DNA of 63,100 nt, the filler included, from Octopus bimaculoides (taxonomy: Eukaryota): the NCBI RefSeq assembly GCF_001194135.2. It is 6 parts of 6 records of this genome, joined end to end, with 100 filler letters (N's around TTAATTAATTAA, not from the genome) between each part and the next. Parts side by side here need not be neighbours in the genome. Positions count along the whole stretch, not along the records: positions 1 to 28,845 come from NC_068983.1; positions 28,946 to 40,008 come from NC_068981.1; 4 more parts are not named here. One strand, 5' to 3'. Shown here piece after piece: positions 24,981-36,713 of this stretch (the first letter of the stretch is position 1; each line of letters opens with the position of its first letter). The position numbers were made by a program, and so were the translations under genes. The notes beneath the pieces are model-generated. The model was not told where the DNA came from and ran no database searches. It saw only the letters and a program-made list of their open reading frames with translations.

Positions 24981-25089
24981 TATATAGCTACTGTTGGATG
25001 ATATTGTTGTAATAATGGTTTAATATATGCAGTATTAGGCAATTATCGACTGGTAACCATGAACCAAAAGAACTTGTAAAAAGCCTTTT

Positions 25090-25320
25090 CATTCCATCTT
25101 CTCGTATGAAACTTATATATGTATAAAATATAACTACTTGTGGATCGTTGGCGACTTTTTTCCTCCGTCTTCCTTTTCTCTTGAAATTTCCTCTGTCTCC
25201 TGTTTCTGAAGAAGAGCTTTGCTCGAAACGTAAAACTACCTTTCTTTCCTTCCCTGAGTGTCTTTTAATACTTTGCATGTACCACATCCATGCGTTGTTC
25301 TTTTTTTCTTGCGTTAGAAA
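25090..25320 (+). mobile_element. Penelope pseudo-LTR fragment (second subfamily)
   Basis: Pyrimidine-rich flank plus hammerhead, then CTTTCCTTCCCTGAGTGTCTTTTAATAC, analogous to TTCCCGAGCGTCA.ACTAATA in the other pLTR copies. Confidence 0.55.
25202..25236 (+). ncRNA. Minimal type I hammerhead ribozyme motif with intact core
   Basis: GUUU | CUGAAGA | A-GAGC-UUU-GCUC | GAA | ACGU (palindromic stem III) | A | AAAC. Stem I is GUUU/AAAC and the predicted cleavage is after GUA (25232). Confidence 0.7.
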
Positions 25321-26109
25321 TATGTGCTGGGATCGGTTTGTTCGAGTAAACGGGTTCAATGCGGTCCTCCAGCATGGCCACGTTCCTATAAATTGAACAA
25401 AATTTAAAAATTAACAAAAACAAAAACGTAACTTTCCTAATCTTTTATTGCTCCAGAGGAAGATGTTTTTCAAATGTTTATTTTGCCGTAATTTGNNNNN
25501 NNNNNNNNNNNNNNNNNNNNNNNNNNNNNNNNNNNNNNNNNNNNNNNNNNNNNNNNNNNNNNNNNNNNNNNNNNNNNNNNNNNNNNNNNNNNNNNNNNNN
25601 NNNNNNNNNNNNNNNNNNNNNNNNNNNNNNNNNNNNNNNNNNNNNNNNNNNNNNNNNNNNNNNNNNNNNNNNNNNNNNNNNNNNNNNNNNNNNNNNNNNN
25701 NNNNNNNNNNNNNNNNNNNNNNNNNNNNNNNNNNNNNNNNNNNNNNNNNNNNNNNNNNNNNNNNNNNNNNNNNTGTGTGTGTGTGTGTGTGTGTACGTGT
25801 GTGTATACACACACATACATATGTATGCATTAGCTTAAAGGTAAATTTAGCATTCTAAGATTCTAAATTTATGTCTAAGACCAACAGTATACAAATATCA
25901 CTGCGCTATCTACATACCCATCTACATACAAATATACACACTAACAAACCTGTATACATACATAAGAAATTTGAAGAGTAAAAGCAGAATATATTTACAT
26001 AGAGATCAGCCTATCTATATTCACACACACACACACACACACACACTTATGTATCTACATATATACATTTGTAACTACTTTTTCCTATCAACATCTCCCC
26101 CCGCAAACA

Positions 26110-26120
26110 ATCTATCTATT

Positions 26121-26164
<44 letters not shown>

Positions 26165-26272
26165 CATGTATGTATGTATGTATGTATGTATGAATGTACG
26201 TATGTATGTATGTATGTATGTATGTATGTATGTATGTATGTATGTGTGTATGTATGTATGTATGTATGCATG

Positions 26273-26333
<61 letters not shown>

Positions 26334-26570
26334 GTCTATCTGTCTGTCTATTTGTCTGTCTGTCTGTCTTTCTGTCAGTCTATTTACCTGTCTACCTGCA
26401 TGTCTATCTGTTTGCCCCCCCTCTCTCTCTCTCTGTCTTTCTGTGTCTGTCTACGTAACTGGCTGTGTATCTGTCGCTTTCACTCTCTTCCTCTCTCTCT
26501 TTTTCACTCTCCCGCTCTGCCTCTTTATCTCTCTCTCTTTCTCTCTGTGTACCTCTCTCTCACACGCTCT
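26110..26570. repeat. Compound (CT)n/(TATG)n/(TATC)n/(TGTC)n microsatellite
   Basis: Directly visible. Confidence 0.95.
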
Positions 26571-27043
26571 ATTCTCTAACCATGTGTCACGTATATTCAG
26601 ATTTGCACACTGTCTTGGCATTCTCCTACATCACACTCTTAGTATTTTCGTCTCTTGTTTACCGTTTCATGGTTTCTACCTCCAACATATTCTCACATCT
26701 TTCTCATTCAGAAAACTCCCATTCGCTCCATGCTTCTAACTCTCCACCTCTCTGTTCCGAACTCCCCACTATAAATATACATGTTACTGTATTTGTTTTT
26801 GTTTTTCACTTTGCATTTCTCACCGTTATTCTGTCTCTTTGTCTCTGCCTGTCTCTCCTCTCCCCCTTTCTCTCAATCGTATCATTACTGCCCCTGAAGG
26901 TCATGGTATCTTTATTCTACATTGACATTCTGAATCAACTAATGTTCATCGCTTGCAGTAAAGCTACGTATCTTCAGTAAATTGTCACAGAACATCCTTC
27001 TGTGCGCCCAAGTATTATACGTATATGTATATATGTGTACATA

Positions 27044-27129
<86 letters not shown>

Positions 27130-27204
27130 CATATACATACATATACATATATATGTATGTATGTATATATCTATATGTATATATATATATTATTATGATT
27201 GACC

Positions 27205-27347
27205 GTTGACTGAACACTATTCAATTTTTTTTCTCCGTGTTTTTCTCCTTGTCTCCGTATTCTTTCTGTTGAAGAGCGTAGCTCGAAACGTCAAAGACTT
27301 TCCGTATTCCCGAGCGTCATACTAATATATACTTTTGTTATTTACAC
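27205..27347 (+). mobile_element. Penelope pseudo-LTR fragment with variant hammerhead (27261-27297)
   Basis: UCUUU | CUGUUGA | A-GAGC-GUA-GCUC | GAA | ACGU | C | AAAGA, with a GUC triplet; truncated by a gap. Confidence 0.7.
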
Positions 27348-28126
27348 NNNNNNNNNNNNNNNNNNNNNNNNNNNNNNNNNNNNNNNNNNNNNNNNNNNNN
27401 NNNNNNNNNNNNNNNNNNNNNNNNNNNNNNNNNNNNNNNNNNNNNNNNNNNNNNNNNNNNNNNNNNNNNNNNNNNNNNNNNNNNNNNNNNNNNNNNNNNN
27501 NNNNNNNNNNNNNNNNNNNNNNNNNNNNNNNNNNNNNNNNNNNNNNNNNNNNNNNNNNNNNNNNNNNNNNNNNNNNNNNNNNNNNNNNNNNNNNNNNNNN
27601 NNNNNNNNNNNNNNNNNNNNNNNNNNNNNNNNNNNNNNNNNNNNNNNNNNNNNNNNNNNNNNNNNNNNNNNNNNNNNNNNNNNNNNNNNNNNNNNNNNNN
27701 NNNNNNNNNNNNNNNNNNNNNNNNNNNNNNNNNNNNNNNNNNNNNNNNNNNNNNNNNNNNNNNNNNNNNNNNNNNNNNNNNNNNNNNNNNNNNNNNNNNN
27801 NNNNNNNNNNNNNNNNNNNNNNNNNNNNNNNNNNNNNNNNNNNNNNNNNNNNNNNNNNNNNNNNNNNNNNNNNNNNNNNNNNNNNNNNNNNNNNNNNNNN
27901 NNNNNNNNNNNNNNNNNNNNNNNNNNNNNNNNNNNNNNNNNNNNNNNNNNNNNNNNNNNNNNNNNNNNNNNNNNNNNNNNNNATACACACATATGTGTAT
28001 ATCTATATGTACATACATATAGAAACAAATCTAATATATATATATGTTTATATGTAGATATATACACACGTATATAATATATATATATACATATACACAT
28101 ACATATTTGTTTGTGCATCAATATAT

Positions 28127-28163
<37 letters not shown>

Positions 28164-28177
28164 CATATATGTATATA

Positions 28178-28241
<64 letters not shown>

Positions 28242-28889
28242 TATATATATATACATATAAACACAAGCACACACACATACACATATATACATGCGTGAGT
28301 GGACGAACGAAATGAAACGGCAATGATCACATTTAATAGGAATTACATGTATTATTATTTAAAACGCTTTGATTCGGCTCCATGCAACTTAAAGTTTCAA
28401 AGGCTTCTAAAAGAAACCCGTCATACACACTCAGACACACACACATATACACACACAAATACACACGCACACATACACACACTCACAACTGATAACATAC
28501 CCACATCTACACATTCATACATTTGATGCACACATGCACGCACATATACACGCGCTCGCCCCCACACACAATTTCTCCCAGACACCTAAACGCCACCAGC
28601 TTCATGTCCAAGAAATCCTTCTTTCTCGCCAAATTAGTGTAACTGCATCACCGATTTTACCTCTGACAACATCATGTGACTCGTCTTCAGCTATAGCAGC
28701 CACCTTTCCATTAACCTCCTTGGTAACCTAGCCTGAATGGGACAGGTGTCTGGTAGAAGCCAGCGAAACTTTAAGTTGCATAGAGCCGAATCAAACTCTT
28801 TTTAAATACTTTATATATACTGTATATATATATATATATATATATNNNNNNNNNNNNNNNNNNNNNNNNNNNNNNNNNNNNNNNNNNNN

Positions 28890-28901
28890 TTAATTAATTA
28901 A
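28890..28901. other. Assembly linker TTAATTAATTAA (44N either side)
   Basis: Six-frame-stop 12-mer centred in a 100-bp spacer. Confidence 0.95.
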
Positions 28902-28945
28902 NNNNNNNNNNNNNNNNNNNNNNNNNNNNNNNNNNNNNNNNNNNN

Positions 28946-28979
<34 letters not shown>

Positions 28980-29263
28980 ATATATATATATATATATATA
29001 CATATACATAATGTGAAAATATTTTCATAACTGCGGGCGAACATTGAGATTCCTAGATCTTTCTTGATTCCATTAACACGCACTTCTCACGTTTTATTTT
29101 CCTACTGTAATATATGCATACATATACATTCATACATTCCTCCAACACCCACGCGTACAAGATATGTATGTATCTGCGTGTATATATATATATATGTATA
29201 TACCTATACACACAAACACAGACGCACACACACATATATGTATATATATAAAAATAGATACAT

Positions 29264-29324
<61 letters not shown>

Positions 29325-30645
29325 NNNNNNNNNNNNNNNNNNNNNNNNNNNNNNNNNNNNNNNNNNNNNNNNNNNNNNNNNNNNNNNNNNNNNNNNNNNN
29401 NNNNNNNNNNNNNNNNNNNNNNNNNNNNNNNNNNNNNNNNNNNNNNNNNNNNNNNNNNNNNNNNNNNNNNNNNNNNNNNNNNNNNNNNNNNNNNNNNNNN
29501 NNNNNNNNNNNNNNNNNNNNNNNNNNNNNNNNNNNNNNNNNNNNNNNNNNNNNNNNNNNNNNNNNNNNNNNNNNNNNNNNNNNNNNNNNNNNNNNNNNNN
29601 NNNNNNNNNNNNNNNNNNNNNNNNNNNNNNNNNNNNNNNNNNNNNNNNNNNNNNNNNNNNNNNNNNNNNNNNNNNNNNNNNNNNNNNNNNNNNNNNNNNN
29701 NNNNNNNNNNNNNNNNNNNNNNNNNNNNNNNNNNNNNNNNNNNNNNNNNNNNNNNNNNNNNNNNNNNNNNNNNNNNNNNNNNNNNNNNNNNNNNNNNNNN
29801 NNNNNNNNNNNNNNNNNNNNNNNNNNNNNNNNNNNNNNNNNNNNNNNNNNNNNNNNNNNNNNNNNNNNNNNNNNNNNNNNNNNNNNNNNNNNNNNNNNNN
29901 NNNNNNNNNNNNNNNNNNNNNNNNNNNNNNNNNNNNNNNNNNNNNNNNNNNNNNNNNNNNNNNNNNNNNNNNNNNNNNNNNNNNNNNNNNNNNNNNNNNN
30001 NNNNNNNNNNNNNNNNNNNNNNNNNNNNNNNNNNNNNNNNNNNNNNNNNNNNNNNNNNNNNNNNNNNNNNNNNNNNNNNNNNNNNNNNNNNNNNNNNNNN
30101 NNNNNNNNNNNNNNNNNNNNNNNNNNNNNNNNNNNNNNNNNNNNNNNNNNNNNNNNNNNNNNNNNNNNATTTTTTGCAGATCACTTTTTACGCACTGTTT
30201 TCTAAAACTGAGGAAGGTAAATTTTGATTTTTCATCCACCCAAAAAGTTTAGGAGGTCCGCTTGCAGCCCCTGCACCCAAGGTTCTTGGACCTATGCATG
30301 CAGAAGAATTGAACTAAAGATCCTTTAGTCTCGTAGCGTATTTCTTAACCAGACAACCTTTGCTTGCATCCAAGTAGCCAGATGTTCAGCATATGACGGA
30401 TGCTGATTCAAGTGTTGTTGTCGATCCTTTTAGCTGTAAATTATACGAAGTTCAGGTTAGTGCTTATACATGTCTGAGTAACATTTGAGAATTTGTTCGA
30501 AACGAACTAAATGTCTCTAGAATGTCTCTGTGGCCGATCTTATTGGTTGACCTCGGTACGGAAAGCAATCCTGGAAATGCCACACGAAATGTCAACAGGT
30601 TTATCGTTGAAGCTACGCTGAGTACGAACAAACACGAAATCACAC

Positions 30646-30693
<48 letters not shown>

Positions 30694-30849
30694 TCTCACG
30701 TGCACATGCACATGTATATGCGCATACAAATACGTACGCACGCACACAGGCATGCGTTCACGCTCACGCTAACAGATAACGAAGCCATGATGATTAATAG
30801 TCACACACACACACATTCATTAAGATCTATTTAGAAATTATGGATATAA

Positions 30850-31110
30850 AATTGTGTTGTTCTTGTTATAGCCACCATTATGGTTGTTGTTATAGTTGTT
30901 ATGCATCTTCATAATGATGTCGATCATTACTACTATCATCATCATCGCTTTCATCACCATTATCAGCATCATCTGTATTAACCTCATCATCATCATCGTT
31001 ATCCTCAGCATCATCACCACCACCACCACCACCACCACAGTCAACATCATCATCATCATCTTCCGCAGCAACAGTAGTTTTCTTTTCATCCTCTTGTTGT
31101 TATTATTATT
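30850..31110. repeat. Degenerate (CAT)n/(CAC)n/(GTT)n trinucleotide tract
   Basis: Directly visible. Confidence 0.85.
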
Positions 31111-31649
31111 TAAGGCTTCGAGCTGGCAGAATCTTTAGAATGTGTATGGAGTCCCAAATGACGCTGGGATTTTGTAAAATATTACTAAAAATATAATTTG
31201 TTTTATGAATAATGTTGCATGTTGAATAAAATATAATTGTGTAAAATCTTAATGAATACGTTTTAGTGTATTCGGACGTGAAAAGACTCTTCGCTGCAGA
31301 AATAGTCTCAGGGGAAAATTCTCCTCCTAGACATGCGTGAAAACATATATTGGGCTGTGAATGACGTCACTAGATTGTAGGAAGCATGTGTTTATACGTT
31401 CTTTCGCTTGTAAGAATACGTGTAAAAATTGCCTGATAGCAGTCATATCTCAACAGATATACGCCAGTAGAATTAGCGTTGAATTCTCTCTCTTGCAATT
31501 TTTTCGTTTGAGAAGATTAACAATTATAGAACTTATAAGATATGAAGTCACAATATCTGACTGTTGTACTTAAGTCATTCACTTAAAAAGTAGGCACACT
31601 TTAACAACCCCAAAATAAATGTGTCTGTACGATGTGAATATATATACAC

Positions 31650-31925
31650 AGCGTGCCATTGCCTAGTACCTAAAATTCCTCTACTGCCGTCAAAATGCAG
31701 GTCCAGATACAGTAATAGTTTGGGATTCAAAGACTCACAGCACTTCAGTATCCTCCCAAAATAGCTGAGAAATGTATAAAGTATGGATGTAGATGTCTTC
31801 GAAACTAAACCGGATCTTCTACTGCTAAGAGTCCCAGATGAGCCAACTTCACGGCAGGAAGCGGGAACGAGGGTAGCAGCATCAAACTCCCTCATTTACC
31901 AAATTCCAGCCATTAAAAGAGGATT
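31650..31925 (+). mobile_element. CR1-clade LINE 3' remnant
   Basis: FSILPK*LRNV*SMDVDVFETKPDLLLLRVPDEPT...RVAASNSLIYQ resembles the invertebrate CR1 C-terminus (FN.LPK.LRN...FK..LD..L..VPDEP...A.SNSL..Q). Confidence 0.65.
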
Positions 31926-32129
31926 AATGAAGGTATTACAACATCAGTTGTTGGTGCACCAGCATGGCCACAGCCCTTGAGCTGAAACTATTAAAAGAAT
32001 AAAAGATTAAAAGTTACGCATTCATACATATAGACACATACACAAAAACATGCATATACATATTCGGGAGGCTGGGTGCGTCGAATAATAATCATGAAGC
32101 GAAGTCCTTTTAAAGGGTAGAAAATACTT

Positions 32130-32530
32130 CAGCCCCCAACAGTTGATAACTCGTTAGAAATTTCAAGATCCACCATGTTGTACAGCTCCCTAATCAGGGA
32201 CTGTAACACTACTATACACACGGACATTAAATATATTCCAAACAAGCCATTCGACTAAATGGCATGGAGTGACTCACTTACACACTCCAGCCTCTGAACA
32301 CATATATGCTGTGTCTTCTCTATGAATTTTGTAGCGCAACTACAACAGACTCTGCTTCCTGGACGGTCAAATGCCACGTCTATCCAGACCCACAGAACTC
32401 ATTCCCATCCCCTCTTCTCGTCATCCATTTTGTTTCTAGATCCTAGGCACCACTCGAACCACACATTCGAATCATTCGTTCCAGAACATCATCTCTCTAA
32501 AATTTCTGGCCCACATATTTATTTTTCTGC
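32130..32530 (+). mobile_element. Possible L2/CR1-type LINE 3' remnant
   Basis: Weak motif (HTFESFVPE, resembling T..F..SF.P); heavily decayed. Confidence 0.3.
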
Positions 32531-32794
32531 TGTCATCAATTGGTAGTTATTAGAAAAGGACATCAGTCACGTTCACCTCACCAGGCTAAAAGAGGTTGTA
32601 GGGGCTATGAGCATGAACCCTTCATCCAGTCAAATGAATGATCAATCTTGCGCCGGTTTCCACAATGAATATGCAATCGTTCGAAGAACTGAAGTACTTA
32701 TTCGCTAAACTGACGCTCAAGTGCTTGAATATTCCACAGACACGTATGCCAGTAACATAATTCGTCAGTCGAATTAACGTGACACATTGTGACG

Positions 32795-32985
32795 AGGCTA
32801 AACAATTGGATTCATGTACAGGCTTCCACACAGTTTCTGTCATTTCAGTTTCATTCACATCACTTGGGTTAACCAGAAGCAATAGCTTAAGTCAATTACT
32901 AAAGATGCGACGCTGTGAGATCGAACTTGGGATCTCATAAGTGAGAAGCAAACTTCATAACCGTTCAGCCTTGCCTGCGTCCACA
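32795..32985 (-). mobile_element. Degenerate SINE family C head
   Basis: GCTTCCACACAGTTTCTGTC...GATCGAACTTGGGATCTC...AGCAAACTTCATAACCGTTCAGCCTTGCCTGCG. Confidence 0.55.
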
Positions 32986-33066
32986 AAACAACAAAAGCGT
33001 GGGATTGAACTTATGAACCTTACAAATGCAATGTATGTAATTCAAGTATTTCACTAGACAGTATCG

Positions 33067-33434
33067 TGGCACTCCGTCGGTTGCGACGACGAGGGTTCCA
33101 GTTGATCCGATCAATGGAACAGTCTGCTGGTGAAATTAACGTGCAAGTGGCTGAGCACTCCACAGACACGTGTACCCTTAACGTAGTTCTCGGGGAGATT
33201 CAGTGTGACAAGGATGGCCCTTTGAAATACAGGCACAACGGAAATAGGAAGAAAGAGTGAAAGAAAGTTGTGGTGAAAAAAATAAAGCAGGGTTCGCCAC
33301 TACTCACTGCCGGAGCCTCGTGGAGCTTTAGGTGTTTTCGCTCAATAAGCACTCACAACGCCCGGTTTGAGAATCGAAACCGCGATCCCACGACCGCGAG
33401 TCCGCTGCTCTAACCACTGGGCCATTGCACCTCC
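33067..33434 (-). mobile_element. SINE family D, full-length
   Basis: Reverse complement of 46108-46493. A box TGGCCCAGTGG and B box GGTTTCGATTC. Candidate 9-bp TSD AGACAGTAT (33056) / AGACAATAT (33438). Confidence 0.9.
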
Positions 33435-33965
33435 CCCAGACAATATATTACTGTTTTGTCATGATTCCCAACAAAATATTTTAGTTTATGTTTTTTAGTT
33501 TCCCTACTGCCAGAGTAATTTTATCAGGCACGTGCCATCAATAATGACTCAGGGTAGGCCGTTGGTGACCTTTATGTAGTAAAACACACAAAATAATAAG
33601 CGAAACACAGGCGCGTGACTGAGTTGAAGGCAGATTTACTTCCGGTGTTGTAGGAGTGTACGCTGCACGTGTACTACAGCACTTCTATGCGTCGCTTAAG
33701 TACTGAGATTGAAAATCAAGGGCGAATGATGCCTAACTAATCTACAAAAAAATAAAATATTTTGAATTTTATGCAGAGTAATCAGGTAACCTTCATAATT
33801 TTATTGAATTAGGTGCATATTTTGCCATAAAAGGAAAATGTTGCTATCGATCTATTTTATTCAAGATAGGCACTGCCTACCTTGCCTAGCTAGGCAGCAC
33901 GTCCCGAATTCCATGCTTCCTGCTGTTTTCTTTATCTCTTGGGATGCAATTTACTTCAATTCGAA

Positions 33966-34394
33966 GGCAGCGAGCTGGCAGAAACGTTAGCACGCCGGGC
34001 GAAATGCTTAGCGGTATTTCGTCTGCTGTTGCGTTCTGAGTTCAAATTCCGCCGAGGGCGACTTTGCCTTTCACCCTTTCCAGATCGATAAATTAAGTAC
34101 CAGTTACGCACTGGGGTCGATGTCATCGACTTAATCCGTTTGTCTGTCCTTGTTTCTCCCCTCTATGTTTAGCCCCTTGTGGGCAATAAAGAAATAAGAA
34201 ACGTTAGCACGCAGGGCGAAATGCTTAGTGGTATTTCATCTGTCTTCACCTGAGTTCCAATTCCGCCGTGGTCGACCTTGCCTTTCATCCTTTTGGGGTC
34301 GATAAATTAAGTACCAGTTGCGTACTGGGGTCGATCTAATCGACTGGCCCCTTCCCCCAAAATTTCGGGCCTTGTGCTTAGAGTAGAAAAGAAT
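33966..34394 (+). mobile_element. SINE dimer: full family A (33966-34197) joined to 5'-truncated family B (34198-34394)
   Basis: Same A-then-B architecture as 7871-8269. Confidence 0.85.
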
Positions 34395-34589
34395 ATTTAT
34401 AGGCACCCCATTTGCACATGCTCCATTTCTATGCATTCTCTATATCTACAACTGACCCCTTCAGAAATATCATATACATGAAAAATAAAACAATAAATCA
34501 ATGTTAATATGTTTAATGCAGAAAAGAGAAAAAACAACAAAAGTCAAAAGAACGCGCACGCGTGTGTGTGTGGGAGTGTCTTTGCGCTT

Positions 34590-34745
34590 GCATTGGTCTC
34601 CTACCATCAGTTGACAACCGGTGTTGCTGTGTTTATGTCACCGACTCTTAGCCGTTCGAATTAGCACCACATTTGTTCTACTAAAACCCTCTAAGGCGGC
34701 GCCCCAGCATGGCTGCAAGCCAGTGGCAGAGACAAGTAAAAGGTT
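34590..34745 (+). mobile_element. Degenerate SINE family C tail
   Basis: CCATCAGTTGACAACCGGTGTTG...AAGGCGGCGCCCCAGCATGGCTGCA...GAGACAAGTAAAAG. Confidence 0.6.
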
Positions 34746-35162
34746 AAAAGGTAACCATCTCGTCGTTTTATATACCAGGAAATTTACTGTCCAGCATTTC
34801 ATTAATCCTTCAAAGGAGCGGCATATGATTTGAGGGAGATTTGACTACTCTTTCCAGCAGATTCAATTATTAGCTTGCCTGCTGCACTGGGCATTTATTG
34901 CGATATGAACTGATGTATGTAAAAGTCAGGTGTCATGACCTCAAACGGTTTTATGTTAATACGAAGCAGGAATGGACAATGACTTGTCAGCTGACTGTTA
35001 GATACGTTATCGAATCGTCGTCGAAATAGTATTGATTCGTCATTGAAACACTATCAATTCATCATTGAAACACAATCGATTCTCTATCTCTCTAAGAATA
35101 TCCAATGTTGAACCATTTTAATGAAAAAATGGTTTCGCCGCAAAATTGTCACAAGCTTTAAT

Positions 35163-35210
<48 letters not shown>

Positions 35211-35219
35211 ACACACATT

Positions 35220-35262
<43 letters not shown>

Positions 35263-36282
35263 NNNNNNNNNNNNNNNNNNNNNNNNNNNNNNNNNNNNNN
35301 NNNNNNNNNNNNNNNNNNNNNNNNNNNNNNNNNNNNNNNNNNNNNNNNNNNNNNNNNNNNNNNNNNNNNNNNNNNNNNNNNNNNNNNNNNNNNNNNNNNN
35401 NNNNNNNNNNNNNNNNNNNNNNNNNNNNNNNNNNNNNNNNNNNNNNNNNNNNNNNNNNNNNNNNNNNNNNNNNNNNNNNNNNNNNNNNNNNNNNNNNNNN
35501 NNNNNNNNNNNNNNNNNNNNNNNNNNNNNNNNNNNNNNNNNNNNNNNNNNNNNNNNNNNNNNNNNNNNNNNNNNNNNNNNNNNNNNNNNNNNNNNNNNNN
35601 NNNNNNNNNNNNNNNNNNNNNNNNNNNNNNNNNNNNNNNNNNNNNNNNNNNNNNNNNNNNNNNNNNNNNNNNNNNNNNNNNNNNNNNNNNNNNNNNNNNN
35701 NNNNNNNNNNNNNNNNNNNNNNNNNNNNNNNNNNNNNNNNNNNNNNNNNNNNNNNNNNNNNNNNNNNNNNNNNNNNNNNNNNNNNNNNNNNNNNNNNNNN
35801 NNNNNNNNNNNNNNNNNNNNNNNNNNNNNNNNNNNNNNNNNNNNNNNNNNNNNNNNNNNNNNNNNNNNNNNNNNNNNNNNNNNNNNNNNNNNNNNNNNNN
35901 NNNNNNNNNNNNNNNNATGATTGTGTATAGAGGAATATATTATTTTGTTTAAAAGAGTTCCAACACTGTCTGTTTTTTATGTTTTATTTATATTCCTGCA
36001 GAACTAATGTGGGATATAGAATATGGAATATACAATATATAATATGATATACAATATAAAATAAAATAAAATAAAAATGGATGGCACCATGAAAGAAAGT
36101 ATTGAATGTAGATGAAATATTGAGTGTTCAATATAAAGGATCAAATATATAAATATATAAATATAAATATATAAAGGCGACTCGAGTTTCAGGGCTATTT
36201 CCCTTCGTCATGGCCGGTATGACAGACTTTAACAATATATATGTGTGTATATATATGTATATATATATATATATGCAAGAAT

Positions 36283-36420
36283 GTCTGTGTGGTAAATAGC
36301 TTGCTTACGAACCACATGGTTTCATGTTCAGTCACACTGCGTGGCACCTTGGTCAAGTGTCTTCTACTATAGCCTCGGGTCGACCAAAGTCTTGTGAATG
36401 GATTAGGTAGAAGGAAGCTT
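36283..36420 (+). mobile_element. SINE family C, 5' half
   Basis: GTGTGGTAAATAGCTTGCTTACGAACCACATGGTTTCATGTTCAGTCACACTGCGTGGCACCTTGG... Confidence 0.8.
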
Positions 36421-36637
36421 TTTCGTCTTCTCATCCTCTCCCCTTCTCCCCCTCCTCCTCTTCCCCTCCTGTTTCTTCTCCACCTCCACCCCTTTCTTCT
36501 TTTCTATACTCGCCTGCGCGTGTGCGTCTCAGTCCGTCTTGCCTCTCTATTTATCTCCCGTTACATCAATCTCCCCTTGTTTCTAGGGTACCCAACAGAA
36601 TAGGTTTACATATCTGAAAGCAAAGGAATTAGTGAGT

Positions 36638-36713
<76 letters not shown>

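Noticed and set aside
28580-28725. Open frames on both strands with plausible splice sites
   Set aside because: No recognisable homology and ambiguous strand; support is too weak.
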